Below are positions 26,830 through 40,029 of a stretch of 64,000 nucleotides of DNA, piece after piece; the first letter of the stretch is position 1; every line of letters starts with the position of its first letter. A model generated the notes under the pieces. The model had not been told where the DNA came from. It did not search any database and saw only the letters and a program-made list of their open reading frames with translations. Origin of the DNA: Catajapyx aquilonaris (Eukaryota); assembly GCA_000934665.2 (NCBI GenBank), contig KZ538135.1, forward strand, positions 1-64,000. Reading direction: 5' to 3'. The position numbers and the translations under genes are program-made.

Positions 26830-27965
26830 TTGGATTCTGGCCGAAATTTCAACATTCATATAAAAGAGACGGAATTTTCGGCTGGAAAGTTGCTAGAAAA
26901 TATTTTTCGGCTGGAAAGTTGCTAGAAAATATTTTTCGGCTGGAAAGTTGTCAGTAAATGTTTGTATAGTCCGGAGCACATCTGAGTTCTCTGGAATCTG
27001 TCAGAAATTTCAACAGTCCTATAAAAGAGACGGAATTTTCGGCTGGAAAGTTGGTAGAAAATATTTTTCGGCTGGAAAGGTGTCAGAAAACATTTTTTCG
27101 GCTGGAAAGTTGTCAGTTAATATTTGAATAGTCCGGAGAACATCTCAATTCACTTGAATCTGGCAGAAATTTCAACAGTCCTATGAAAGACACGGAATTT
27201 TCGGCTGGAAAGTTGGTAGAAAATATTTTTCGGCTGGAAAGTTATCGAAAATAATTTTTTCGCCGGAAATGTTGCTGGTAAATATTTGTATAGTCCGGGG
27301 CTACAGCTTAAGTCTCTGGATTCTGGCCGAAATTTCAACATTCATGTAACAGAAACGGAATTTTCGGCTGGAAAGTTGGAAGAAAATATTTGTCGGCTGA
27401 AATATTTGTCAGTAGATATTTGCATAGTTCAGGCCACATCTTAATTCTGGCCGAAATTTCATAATTAATATAAACATGCCGGAATTTTCTGCTGGAAAGT
27501 CGCCAGAAAAAAATTTCGGCAGGAAAGTCGTCAAAAAAATGTAATTCGATGTAATGCCAACATTCACATAAAAGCGCAGGAATATTGGGCTGAAAAGTTG
27601 GTCAGAGCATACTTTTCTACCGGAAAGTCGTCAGGAAACATTTGAACAGTCCGGGTCACATATATCTTAAGACACTGCCTTTATTCAACACGCATTTAAA
27701 AGGGCCGGAACTTTCAGCTGGAAAGTCGCTAGAAAATATTTTTCCGGCAGGAAAGTCGTCAAAGATATTTGCAATTCGATGTAAGGTCAACATCCATACA
27801 AAAGAGCAGGAATATTGAGCTGGAAAGTTGATCAAGACATATTTTTCTGCCGGAAAGTCGTCAGAAAACATTTGAATAGTCCGGTTCACATCGATGTAAG
27901 ACGAACATTAATACTTAAAAGAGCCTGAAAATAATTTTCGGCTGGAAACTTGCTAGAAAATATAA
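26830..27965. repeat. Higher-order satellite built from TTTTCGGCTGGAAAGTTG subunits
   Basis: ~30-bp subrepeats inside units of roughly 160-250 bp. Confidence 0.82.
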
Positions 27966-29084
27966 TATCTGAAATCTACAGCGCCTGGTGGACACTGTCC
28001 CAAAGATTTGTCCCGGACTATACCATTCCCCCTAAAAAAAAAAGGTTCCTCTTTTCCCCCAATATTTGCCACAAACATGTCCGGATCTTCGGGTCCGGAA
28101 AAGGACACTCAATCAAGATGGCTGACACTACCAGCGCCGTCTTCCTATTTTTTATCAGACCTATAGGGAGAGTTGTATTCACATCAGACCCCTTTTTGGG
28201 AGGGTATAGTCCGGATCCATTTTATTATCCGGAGGGAATATCCGGGAGTTGGTGGTTTCCCCCCTCCCCTCCCCCCCTTCGATGACCTTTGACCTGCAGT
28301 CATCCAAAATTGCCCGGTTGTTGAGCATTCGGGAAGTTTCCATTGTTATCGACTGTGGAGGGGGGAAATACTATTGTTATGCTATGTAGGCCAGATACTC
28401 CAGATAAGTTACGCCTTGGTTGCGCCAAACCCTCAAATTGACACGGTGCAAAATCACCCCGATCTTATAGTAGTTATCTACACACCCGACGATTTGCCAC
28501 GAATGACTCTGGCTATAAATGGGGCCATAGTTGCTCTATTATACATACACCCATTCCCTCTAGACCAATTTTCCGGGAACATACTCTTGACTAGAGCTAG
28601 ATTAGATCTTATTTTTCGCTAGTAGGCTATGGGGGTAATTTGAGCACCACCAAGGGTAATTTGCAGCAGGTATTAAAGATGGCGTCAGATATAAGTTTGA
28701 TCCTGGAAATAGTCTAGGTTCGACCTAAGGGGACAACTTACCCTTGGGTTAATTCAGTTACCCGTACTATAGGGTAAAGGAGGGGGAGACTTGTAACAAT
28801 GCAACATTAGTTGTCTCTAGGGTAGGTTGCTAGAGAGAGTTTGGCTGGAAATGAGCCCATAGGGAGTGGAAAGCACACCTGATCCCCCTCGAATTGGGCA
28901 CAGCTTGCACTGGAGATATACGGGCCAATTTGACACTCAGAGGTCCTGCCTGATTGGCTACATAAATAAGTCGGAATAAGTAAATAAACGCAAGAATTTA
29001 TATATAAAGTAGAAATAACCATGTGTCCGTCCTGAGAAGCCAATAACGCCTCAGTCACCCAGGAATATCGATATTTCAGTTCAT

Positions 29085-31390
29085 TCCAGTAGTATCGATA
29101 TGTTAATATCAACAGAAAATCGATATATCAGGATATACAAGTAGTATCGATAGATTGGTACTCTCTGAAAGAACGCTATCAGTATATCCCAGTAATATCG
29201 ATAAATATATTGGTAGGCTTCTCTTTGAAAGAACGCTATCAGTTCCCAATAATATCGATAAATATAATGGTAGGTTTTTCTCTGAAAGAACGCTATCAGT
29301 ATATCCCAATAATATCGATAAATATATTGGTAGGCTACTCTATGAAAGAACGCTATCAGTAGGCCTGTATCCCAGCAGTATCAATAAAGTGGAACTATCT
29401 GAAAGAACGATATCAGTATACCCCAGTAGTATCGTTATAAAGGGATGTCATAATAATATCGATATATCGGTGCATACCAGCAATATCGATATATCGGTAC
29501 ATCATAGTAATACCAACACTGCATGTTGGTATATACTAATATCGTTACTGTATATCGACATGTACAAGTAATATAGATACTATATATCGGAACACTGTGG
29601 AGTAAATATCGATATATCGGTACATACCAGTTATAGAGATGCCGTTTAGCGACACGATAGTTAGTATCGATTATTTATATTCCAAAATTGAGCCAATTTC
29701 AATAGCTGGTATGGATATTTGGTGAATAATATCAGTAGTTGGCATCGATATTTCATGAATGATGTGACTATTTCGTGTCGATATTAGGCCAACAATATCA
29801 ATAGTTGGCATCATTATTTCCTGAACAATGTATTCGTGTCGATAGTTAGTCAATTACACCAATAGTTGGTATCGATATTTTATGAACGAATATGTGAATA
29901 TCAATGATACAATGTATCAAGTAGTGACGTTTAAAAATTACGGTACCAATAGCGATTCTACCTCAATCGTTACTATCATCCCTGTATCATCTAACTACCG
30001 CCATCGCCCGTCAAAACCCATCTGCGAACCCCCAGCATAAACTGCTGATCTCCATACTTTTTCCCCATCCTGGGAAGCAGCAACACTGATTATTTACGGC
30101 CCACTTTGGGGGGAACCGAGGAAACTTCCGCTCCGTTAAGTAACCGGGCGCCATTTTGATGGTAGCCAATACACAGCCCAACGGGAAGTGATTAGCATAA
30201 AAAGAAGGCCGACGTCGCCCGGTATATGGAGTCCCCCATCCGCCGCAATAGAATGGGCCAGAGGGAAAGAAGTACCCCCCCATATTGGGACCTACCATCA
30301 TCAGGAAGTGTTTTAAGCCCAGACTCAGTTACGAACCGGGACTAATGACGCGATGAATATGGATGCTGCCAGGGGGACCCACCGACATGTGTGTGGGGAC
30401 AAGAAAAATTAGACGCTTCCTTCCGCATCTTCGGAACCATTTTCGGGGCTATGAACATGTACTCTGCTCGATGTAAAAGACGGGCATGACTTGTTATCAG
30501 GTAAGGCTGGACGATATCAATAGTTGGTATAACCATCATACGATAAATAGTTAGTGTCGATAATTTATATTCCAAAATTCAGCCAATATCAGTAGCTGGT
30601 ATGGATATGTGGTCAATGATATCAGTAGTTGGTATTACCATCATACGATGAATAGTTAGTATCAATAATTTATATTCCAAAATTCAGCCAATATCAATAT
30701 CTGGTATGATATCAGTAGTTGGCATCGATATTTCGTGAACGGTGTGAATATTTCGTGTCGATATCCGGCCAACGATATCAGTTGTTGGGATAAACATTTC
30801 CTGAGCAATGTGAATATTTTGTCGATATTTATAGTAAACCGGTATCGATATTTCACGAATGATGTGACTATTTCGCGTCGTATTAGGTCAACGATATCAA
30901 TAGTTGGCATAATTATTTCCTGAACGATGTGAATATATCGTGTCGATAGTTAGTCAATTACACCAATAGTTGGTATCGATATTCCATGAACGATTTGACT
31001 ATTTCGTGCCAATATTTTGTAAACGATGTGAATAGTTGGTATCGACGTTTCATCGACGAATCCAATAGTTTGTATCGATAGAATATTTCGAAATTTTGAC
31101 GATGCTTGGTTTTTTGGTCCAGAGACATTACATATCTCAGCTGGACAGTCAGTTTATGACGTATCTTGTCGACAGTTCGATAACGTCGTGCCAATATTTA
31201 TCAACGATGTGAACAGTTGGTATCGACTGTTCATTGTCGATACCAATAGTTTGTATCGTTTAATATATTTCCACATTTTTACGATACTTGGTTTTTCATC
31301 CATATCTCATCTAGACAGTCAGTTTTATCACATCCTTTCGATAGTTTTCGTGCGACATTGCTAAAAATCTCCCGATACTATCGATACACA
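29085..31390. repeat. TATCGATA/AATAGTTGGTATC-rich repeat family, two blocks around a unique island (~29940-30500)
   Basis: 29660-29880 is closely repeated at 30550-30990; same family at 36230-37220. Confidence 0.78.
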
Positions 31391-33729
31391 TGAGGTCCAT
31401 CAACCACTGAAATGGGCCTGCCGCACACGACAACAGTTTACACTCTGTCCTCCTCAATAATTCACCTCCGCATCGCCCCCACTGTGGAATCGATCCTATA
31501 CTCAACATGTGCCTTCCGACACACCATTTTTAAAGGTCTTCCTCTCCTAAAAAACCGTGGTACATACCATGCTAAGTGCAAACCACACAACAAACCCCTA
31601 TAGGACACAACAAATAATGAATGAAAATCTGGGCAACTCGCCTTTTGCTCTGCACTTAAGCCCGGTTATATGTTATGTTAAGGCCTAACGAGATGATTGT
31701 TGCATTATTCAAATGAGGAGGGGAAGGCTCTCTTGTTTGTTATAAGCGGAACGGGGATGGGAGGGTGTCTACGTGAGAGAGGTCTAACTTCATTATTGCC
31801 TGCATAATGCTGCTGTCACACACCTGTCTCTAGGTTTCACCTGAGAGGGAGTGAGTGGCGTCTTCTGTAGGACCCGGTTGGTAAAACCGAATCAGCGGAG
31901 CCCCAATTATATGAAAACCACGAGTTAATGCGGGTGTCTATGAAGCAATTATTTAGATGTGTGCAGATGACGGTAATGTCATAAAGCGGGTATGGTATAT
32001 GCTGGATTGTTGCTAAGTGAACAGACACATTTGCAGAAAAATAAATTAATGAGTATAATTTCGACGAATATTATTCGCCAATTAATTTTTCGCCACTCTG
32101 GAAGGTACTGAACTGATTTTAATCAGGTTTAAATTTTTAAAAAACCTGACACTATAGGAACAAATCATGATAAAAATGAGAGAATATTCCAGGAATACTA
32201 AAAATATCGATAATTCAACGAATTTGTTAAAAAGTCGAATATTCCACAAACATAACAATATCGGTTAATATGTCAAAATTGACGATTTTCGATTATATCC
32301 AAACTTATCGATTATTCCACTTATCACAAAATATCGATTATTCAAAATGTTAAAATTTTCTATAATTCCACGAATATAAAAAAACCTAGGTTAAAAATAT
32401 CGCTAATTCAACGTTTTCTAACATTCCGATAATAATTCCACTAATTGAAAAGTATAGCGGCATATTCCATAAACACCACAAAATATCGATTAATCTACGT
32501 CAAAATTATCTATTTTACACTGATATCCAAAAAAATACCGTTTATTCCACTAGCACCAAATCGATTAATTCAAAATATCAAAATCATCAATAATTCCACG
32601 AATATGCATAGGTTATCGATTATTACAAGAACACCAAAATATAAATTACACCACATTAAAAATTACCCATTATTCTATGAACATTCAAAAAAATCAATTA
32701 TTCCATAATTATGAACATTCAAAAATATCAATTATTCCACAAATAGCAAAAACATCAAGAAATTATTCGATATGTCAAATTCATCGATTACCGGTATTAT
32801 TCAATGTACCAAAAATATCGATTGTTTGACAATAATTATCGAAAATACAGTGAAACTTATATATGTTGGACACTGACAGTTCCAAGAAAAATGTCCCACA
32901 TAGGCATGTGTCCAAAATAGGTGTCCAACTTAACATGTTTCACTGTAACATGAGCTGAATTTCGGAAGTAACAGTTTTAGTGAACTATATTTCTGATTCT
33001 TCTCATTTGCCTTTACATGAAGTAGCTTCATGTAAATTGTAAAAGAAAATACCCGCCAGGCGGCGATACTTGTGAATATCCATGAATTTCCACATATCTC
33101 CAGCAGTTGCTCGTTACTAATAATATCCCAATAATCCCCCCATCTTTCCAGCCCGTTGAAACCCCCAAATCGGCAGACATCGCTCCTTTTTTTTGGGGGG
33201 GGGGGAGGGGTCCTATCCTCCCTTCCCCCCTATTCCTCTCCCCACTAGCTAGATCATTGCCTACAAATGGAAGTTGGGTGTATTTGCGCAAGGGGTCCAG
33301 ATGAATCCCAGCCAGTAGGCAGCAGGCGTGGGCAGTCTGGTGGAAGGCACACGCTGGGGCTTGGGTAATTGGACAGTCGATGGTATCGCTCGGATGAACG
33401 ATAAGGGATCTAGGGGATAGGGAGGGAGGGAGGGGGGGAAAGGAGGAGCTTCAGCATCCCCCCCCCTCTCCAATGCTTTAGCAGCTAATTTCCAGCACCT
33501 GTTTGTGCAGCGCGGAAGCAGATTAGGATCGGACCTAGGACCCCCATGTGTCGCTCGCACTTACAACAATCGTCCGAGGGAGGGAAGCAGTGTGCCAATC
33601 ATTGGCTGAAGGACCTACTTGTCCACTTTTTGTAGCTAACTAGCCATTTTTAAGGCAATGGGATGGGTGGAGCAGGTGTCAATCATTGCGATTGGGCGAT
33701 ATGTCGGAAAATTCAAGATTTTTTTTTAA

Positions 33730-34190
33730 AATGGACGCTTGGAAGCAGTGGTGCCAACCTACACCATGTCGTAACTACAGTGTAGGTTGGCACTACTGCT
33801 TCCAAACGTCCATTACAAAAAATGTCGAAAATGTCGATAGTGTCGATATGTAGAATAATTCAAGATTTTTTAAACATGGAGGCTTGGAAGCAGTGGTGCC
33901 AACCTACACTTGTAGATAAGAAACTATCTGTAGTGTATGTTGGCACTGCTACTGCTGCTTCCAAACGTACATTACAGAATCTCCAATATGTCGATAGTGT
34001 CGGTATGTAAAATAAAAAAAATCAACATTTTCAAACGGCCGCTTAGAAGCAGCGGTGCCAACCTATAATTCGTAGCTCCAGTGTAGGTTGGCGCCACTGC
34101 TTCCAAACGTCAATTTTTTTTAAAAAAATCGGGACATATTGACATATTAGAGATTTTCGTAATGGGCTTTTGGAAGCAATGGTGCCATAA
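33730..34190. repeat. Tandem array of three hairpin units plus a half unit
   Basis: GCTTGGAAGCAGTGGTGCCAACCTACAC-loop-GTGTAGGTTGGCAC..CTGCTTCCAAACGT repeated with ~150-bp period. Confidence 0.8.
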
Positions 34191-34834
34191 GTTTGTTCCA
34201 ATTTTTGGCACACATTGTAGATCATTTCGTACCAGATACCACAAAAATGGGGGGGGCGAAGACAGGCCTGTCAGTTTCAAAAAAAGTGGGCGCAACAATG
34301 CTGTTAATGTTTAAGTGCCTCTGTCGGCACCCTTCATCCATCGTGCAAAGGTATGCAAGTAAAAAAAGAAAAAAAGAATACAGGTCACTCAAATGAAGAA
34401 GACAACTCAGGGTCAAAGAATCTAAAGAACTTTAATAGTCAGAACAATAGGGCCTGACTGCACACTGTCACTCCTTTTGCCTTATATCGCCCTAGGGGAC
34501 ACTATCGATGTTGGCTACACTGTAACTTTCACCTGTGATGCCATATGGCCACAAATTTTTTTTAGGTCTATTTTCCAGATTATTGGGCCAGGCGGCATAA
34601 GAGTGTAATTGTGGCATCGCATGTCGTGGTGTCGGTATACCACGCAACGTCAGAGGCCAACAGTCACATTGCTCATTACGGTTCTGAATTATGAAGTCAT
34701 CTGGGCCCATATATTTTAAGGCCTGTCTGGCTAGTATCGATTCTTGGATATGTGTAATCACCTGATGCTACCATATACTAGGGTATTAAAGACGAAATGC
34801 TTGATTAGGACTGGTAATTAGTGGGCCGAAAGGA

Positions 34835-35615
34835 TGGACTAAAGATGGCGCTGCTCATAGCCTTGTCAGAAGGCATGGACTAAAGATGGCTGCTAATTAA
34901 ACCGTGGATTAACTATGGCGCTGCTGATAGACAGAAGGCATGGACTAAAGATGGCGCCGCCCATAGCCTTGTCAGAAAGTGTGGACTAAAGATGGCGGTG
35001 CTCATACACTTCCCAGAAAGAACTAAAGATGGCTGCTAATTAAATCGTGGATTAACTATGGCGTTGACCATGGCTTTACCAGAAAGTTTGGACTAAAATG
35101 GCTACTAATCAAAGTGTGGTCTAAAGATGGCGCTGCTCATAGCCTCGTCAGAAGGCATGGACTAAAGATGGCGCCGCCCATAGGCTTCCCATAAAGTATG
35201 GACCAGCCCCCGGACACTTCCCCTGCAATATTATCTTATCGCCTTCCGGGGCGCTTTGCATGAGGTGCTCACCTGAGAGCGACATGAGACCTTTCACTGC
35301 GCTATTATGTGGCGACCCTACCGGACTGCGCTGAACTTTATAGGTACAAAAGGGAAGCGCCACATTGGGGGACCCAACATGGTCGCCGGCGGCCATGTTG
35401 GGCCCACATGTAGCGGCTTCTCTTCTACCTTAGTTCAGCGTAGTCCGGTAGGGTCACCACATAATAGCGCAATGAAAAGCTGTCTCATGGCGCTCTCAAG
35501 TGAGCACCTCATGCAAAACGACCCGGCAGGCGATAAGAGGGAGTGTCCAGACCTTAGTATTCTAATACCATGGTATGGACTAAAGATTGCTGATAAAACG
35601 TGGACTAAAAATGGC
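34835..35615. repeat. Tandem repeat of TGGACTAAAGATGGCG units with a palindrome inserted
   Basis: Repeated GGACTAAAGATGGC..CATAGCCTTGTCAGAA. Confidence 0.8.
35212..35548. repeat. GC-rich near-spacerless palindrome (foldback/MITE)
   Basis: GGACACT...AGTGTCC ends; arms pair up to the centre CCAACATGGTCGCC|GGCGGCCATGTTGG. Confidence 0.8.
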
Positions 35616-36229
35616 AGCCACTAGGCATGACAAATGTTTATGCAGCCAACATAGCAACGCTTAAAGCATTGCCAGCAAACCAACCGCTAATCACATCATT
35701 AATCGTGCGTTAATTATAAATTGTTAACATGAAAACTCAACGCGCAAATCAGCAATATTATTAATATGCCCCCTATCATCGGTGATTAACTGTTAATTTG
35801 CGATTAATTTATTAGCCCGCAAATATTATTTTGTGATTCCGATGCCAAATATTTGGATGTGTTTCGCAACAATCGCTATCTTGTGATTGGTCGACTGTCA
35901 CACATGACCAGTCGTGTCAACAGATGAGTTGAACCATGTAACGCACGATTAATAGTCATGAACCCAGGGGTTCACTGCACATTCAAGTGTCAAACACACA
36001 TTACCATCTCCAAAGACCAAACACACTGCAATTGAAATCACAAGTGGCAATAAGATGTCCCCTTCTCAAACAGTGCTGCCCTCTTGTAGGGGGAGCAAGG
36101 CCCCCCCTATTTTACTTTCATTACACTTAACAATTACGCTGTTGATTATACTGTTGCAATCTGGGCTTACACAGAATGTACAGGGTGGTCCGAAATGTCA
36201 GGTTAGGTGAGGGCAGGTTAGACGTGCGT

Positions 36230-37220
36230 CGATACCAACTATTCACATCGTTGATAAAACATTGGTGAGAAATATTCACATCGTTCAGGAAATAGTGATA
36301 CCAACCATTTGTAGCGTCGACCAAATAGTGATAGTAAGTACATAACATCGTTGACCATTATTACAATCAGTACACAATTTGGTCAACGATATCAATAGTT
36401 GGTATTGATATTGAGTCGACGATACCAATAGTTGGTATTGATATTGAGTCGACGATACCAATAGTTGGTATCACTATTTCCTGAACGATGTAAATATTTC
36501 TCGCCAATATTTTATCAATGATGGCAATAGTTGTTGGTATCACTATTTGGTCGACGATATCAATAGTTGGTATCACTATTTCCAGAACGATGTGAATATT
36601 TCATAAAAGATGTGAATAGTTGGTATCCACGTTTCATCGACAATACCAATAGTTGGTATCGATAATATATATTCAGAAATATTGACGATACTTAGTTTTT
36701 TGAGGCAGGGACATTACATGTCTCGGCTAGACAGTCAGTTTAATTACGTAAATTGTCGATAGTGTTCTATCCCATGTCATATTAGGTTAGCATACGCTGT
36801 CAGTTGGTATCACTATTTGGTCGACGATATTATAGTTGGTATCGATATTCTGTCGACGATACCAATAGTTGTAATCACTATTTCCTGAACGACGTGAATA
36901 ATTCTGGCCAATATTTTATCAACGATGTGAATAGTTGGTATCGTAGTTTCATCGACGTTACCAATAGCTTGTATCGATAATATATTCAATTCTTTTTTGA
37001 AGATACTTGGTTTTTTTGAGCCCATGACCTTCCATGTCTCATCTGGACAATAACTTTTATGACGAATCTTGTCGAAAGTTTTTGGTATCGACGTTTCATC
37101 GACGATACCAATAATTTGTATCGATAATTTTTGACGATACTTGAATTTTTGACATTCCTCGTCTCATCTGGACAGTCAGTATTATGACGTATCTTATCGA
37201 TAGTTTTCGATCCCAATCCA
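36230..37220. repeat. Third block of the AATAGTTGGTATC repeat family
   Basis: Shares CTGGACAGTCAGT..ATGACGTATCTT with 31130-31330; GGTTAGG motifs at both ends. Confidence 0.78.
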
Positions 37221-37980
37221 CGTTAGGTTAGGTCAGCTTACGTCAGATTCAAGTCAGGTCATGACCCCCAAATTTGACCTTATGGCCCAGTTAATATTCC
37301 GGAACACCCTGTAAGTCCTTAAAAAACTCCAGTTTGAAGGTGCCATATGCCCGGATTGTGTCCGGGGGAAAGGTAGTCGGGGGGAGAGAATGGAGGTGAT
37401 TAAATGCAGATTTAATCGGCCCAAACACCGCTCTATTATCCGGGGCCGGCCCTCGTCGGTGGATTTAATCTCTCCGGAGCGAACCCCCTCTTCCACTCCA
37501 CCCCCCACCTCCCCATGCCCGGATTCAGCTCATTGTAATGCAGGAGCAAACCAAATGTTATGTCAGCTCCAGCTTCCACCTCCCCTACCCCCCACCCTCT
37601 TTATGAAGTCCCGGAGAAGTTTTCATAGCCCTTTGTCCGGATTTCCAGGAGAGTTGTGATTTTCTCTTCCTTTCGCTTTCGCAGGATTAGATAACATTGG
37701 ACTTATTGTAGGGTCCGCATATGTCGCTCCATGTTGGGGGACAAAATGGCCATTCGCTATAGGCAGGGAACCAGTGGAATATTGGGCATGAAATGAGAGA
37801 AAAAATCTGCATATTATGACAGAGATCAAAAAATTGGGGCTGTGCGAATCGCATTTAACAATCGCCAAATAGCTGTTAATAGCAAATAACGTTCGTGACG
37901 CACAAATCGCGCTTGAAATTCGAAATTCACGTTGCATTAGAATCGCGTTTAAAGTCTTCACTGCCGTACCTTTGCAAATA

Positions 37981-38310
37981 CAGGGTGTTTCAACTTTTTG
38001 TCCGAACAGCTATCGGAAAATTGCACGTAGCTGCTTCTTAGTAAGCAGTGACTTGCAACCGGTGATTTGTCGGGAGGAATGGGGAATGGAGAAAAAGAGG
38101 GTCACACATCCCACGGCATGTGTGACCCTATTTTTTCCAGGCTTGACCCTCAATTTTCAGCGGGCAGCACGTGAGCCACTTCAACCTACGATTCGTAGGG
38201 AACATTCCTCGTTCCTCCGAAAAAATCACCGTTTACAAGTCACTGCTTACAAAGTAGCAGCTACGTGCAATTTTCCGATAACTGCTCGGACAAAAAGTTT
38301 AAACACCCTG
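37981..38310. mobile_element. Tc1/mariner-type MITE, long TIRs, TA TSD
   Basis: TA|CAGGGTGTTTCAACTTTTTGTCCGA ... TCGGACAAAAAGTTTAAACACCCTG|TA; roughly 90-bp imperfect TIRs. Confidence 0.85.
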
Positions 38311-38794
38311 TATAACAGCAAATAACGTTTTATCAATAGTAAATAACGCTAATGACTCACCAATCGAGAATAAAAATCGAAATGTATATTGAAATGGTGA
38401 ATCACCTTTTAGCAATAACGAATCGCGGTATAACAAATCGCCGATATCGTTTTAGTAACAGCAAATAGGGCTCGTAACGCAAAACTCGCGATTGAATATC
38501 GAATTTCTTCTTAAAATAGCGAATCGCGTTTTAAACAGTGTCCAATAGCATTTATGTAACACCAAATAGAGTTCGTGTCTCACAAATCGCGCTTGGAAAT
38601 CGAAATTCATAGTGAAATAGCGAATAGGGTTTTAACACTGTCTAATAACGTTTTAGTAATAGCAAATAATTTTTTGACTCACAAATCGTGATTGGAAAGC
38701 GAAAATCACAGTGAAAAAACGAATCGCGCTTTAACAATCGCTAATAGCGTTTTAGTACTGTAACAGCAAATAGCGTTTGTGACTCATTAATATA

Positions 38795-39006
38795 CAGGGT
38801 GTTTCAACTTTTTTGTTCGAACAGTTATCGGAAATATTGCACTAAGCTGCTACTTTGTAAGCAGTGTATGCCACTTCAACCTAAGATTCGCAGGGAATAT
38901 TCCTCATTTCTGCGACAAACCGGTTGCAAGTCACTGCTTACAAAGTAGTAGCTTATAGTGAAATATCTCCGATAACTGTTCGGACAAAAAAAGTTGAAAC
39001 ACCATG
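38795..39006. mobile_element. Internally deleted copy of the same MITE
   Basis: TA|CAGGGTGTTTCAACTT ... AAGTTGAAACACCATG|TA; shares internal CCACTTCAACCT..GATTCG segment. Confidence 0.82.
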
Positions 39007-40029
39007 TATTGTGCATGAAATTTGCAGTCCACATTGAAAAACCATTTTGATAATAACAAACAGCGAGCGTTTTAGTAATAGCAAATAGCGTTCAGGACAC
39101 ACAAATCACTATTTAAAACCGAAAATCATACTGGCATAGCGACACGATCGCCAATAGCGGCTTAATAGTAGCCAACAGCGTTTTCGGGTCCACCAATGCA
39201 GCTATTTTAAATCACACAATCTGGCCAACATTATAAAATATAAAACCGAACCTGTTGGCATACGATAGGACGTGATTACACATATGTCAACACGCGTTTT
39301 TGTGAAGTGTTTCCCCTACGCTTCAGGACGCGACTGGAGAGCAAGTCACACAAGTGGCCATGACAGTCTCCAAGTATCCTATCGATATGGTCCTCTCACC
39401 CTCCCCCATCCCAACAATATATCGAGAGCTTACCACATGTTTTTGTTTGATAAGACCCAGGGAGCCGGATACAGATTAGATGAGGTCACTTCCCTAACAC
39501 ATGTCATCATCAGCCTCTTTCATATAAAAATATTGAAAAATCTCAATATGTCATAAAAAGCGATAGTATCGTCATATGTTTGCAAACCCATTAGAGAAGT
39601 GGTATACAGGAGGATGACTTAACCCCAGTTCATTTTAGGATGAAGTACTTGCTATTAGTCGATACTGCCCAGATGATAATCTGGTGGTATCGATTAACCG
39701 ACAGTAAACAAAACCGGTGAGTACTCGACACACAGATTATGTGCACCTGCCTGCAAGTGTCTTCACTGTCAATATTAGTCAAACTATAAATCCTCCAACA
39801 CCTTAACCAGCAGGTTCTATCGATACCCACTAATTACGATACAATTAATGCTGATCTCCACTTAGGGATTATTCCGGATCGTTGACTTCTGGCAATACGA
39901 TAGTCCTCTCTCCGGGCTTTTGAGGTTCAAAGCAATCGCCTGTCAAACGCTTAATCCACTAATCGCCAATTTATCAGAGTTACGTCGTATCAGCATGCCC
40001 CCATTGTTGCCAGATTTGTGGCCTGGAAA

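Larger units (their letters stand above)
37840..39200. repeat. ~90-bp degenerate satellite hosting two MITEs
   Basis: AATAGCGTTTTAGTAATAGCAAATA..CACAAATCGCG units. Confidence 0.75.
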
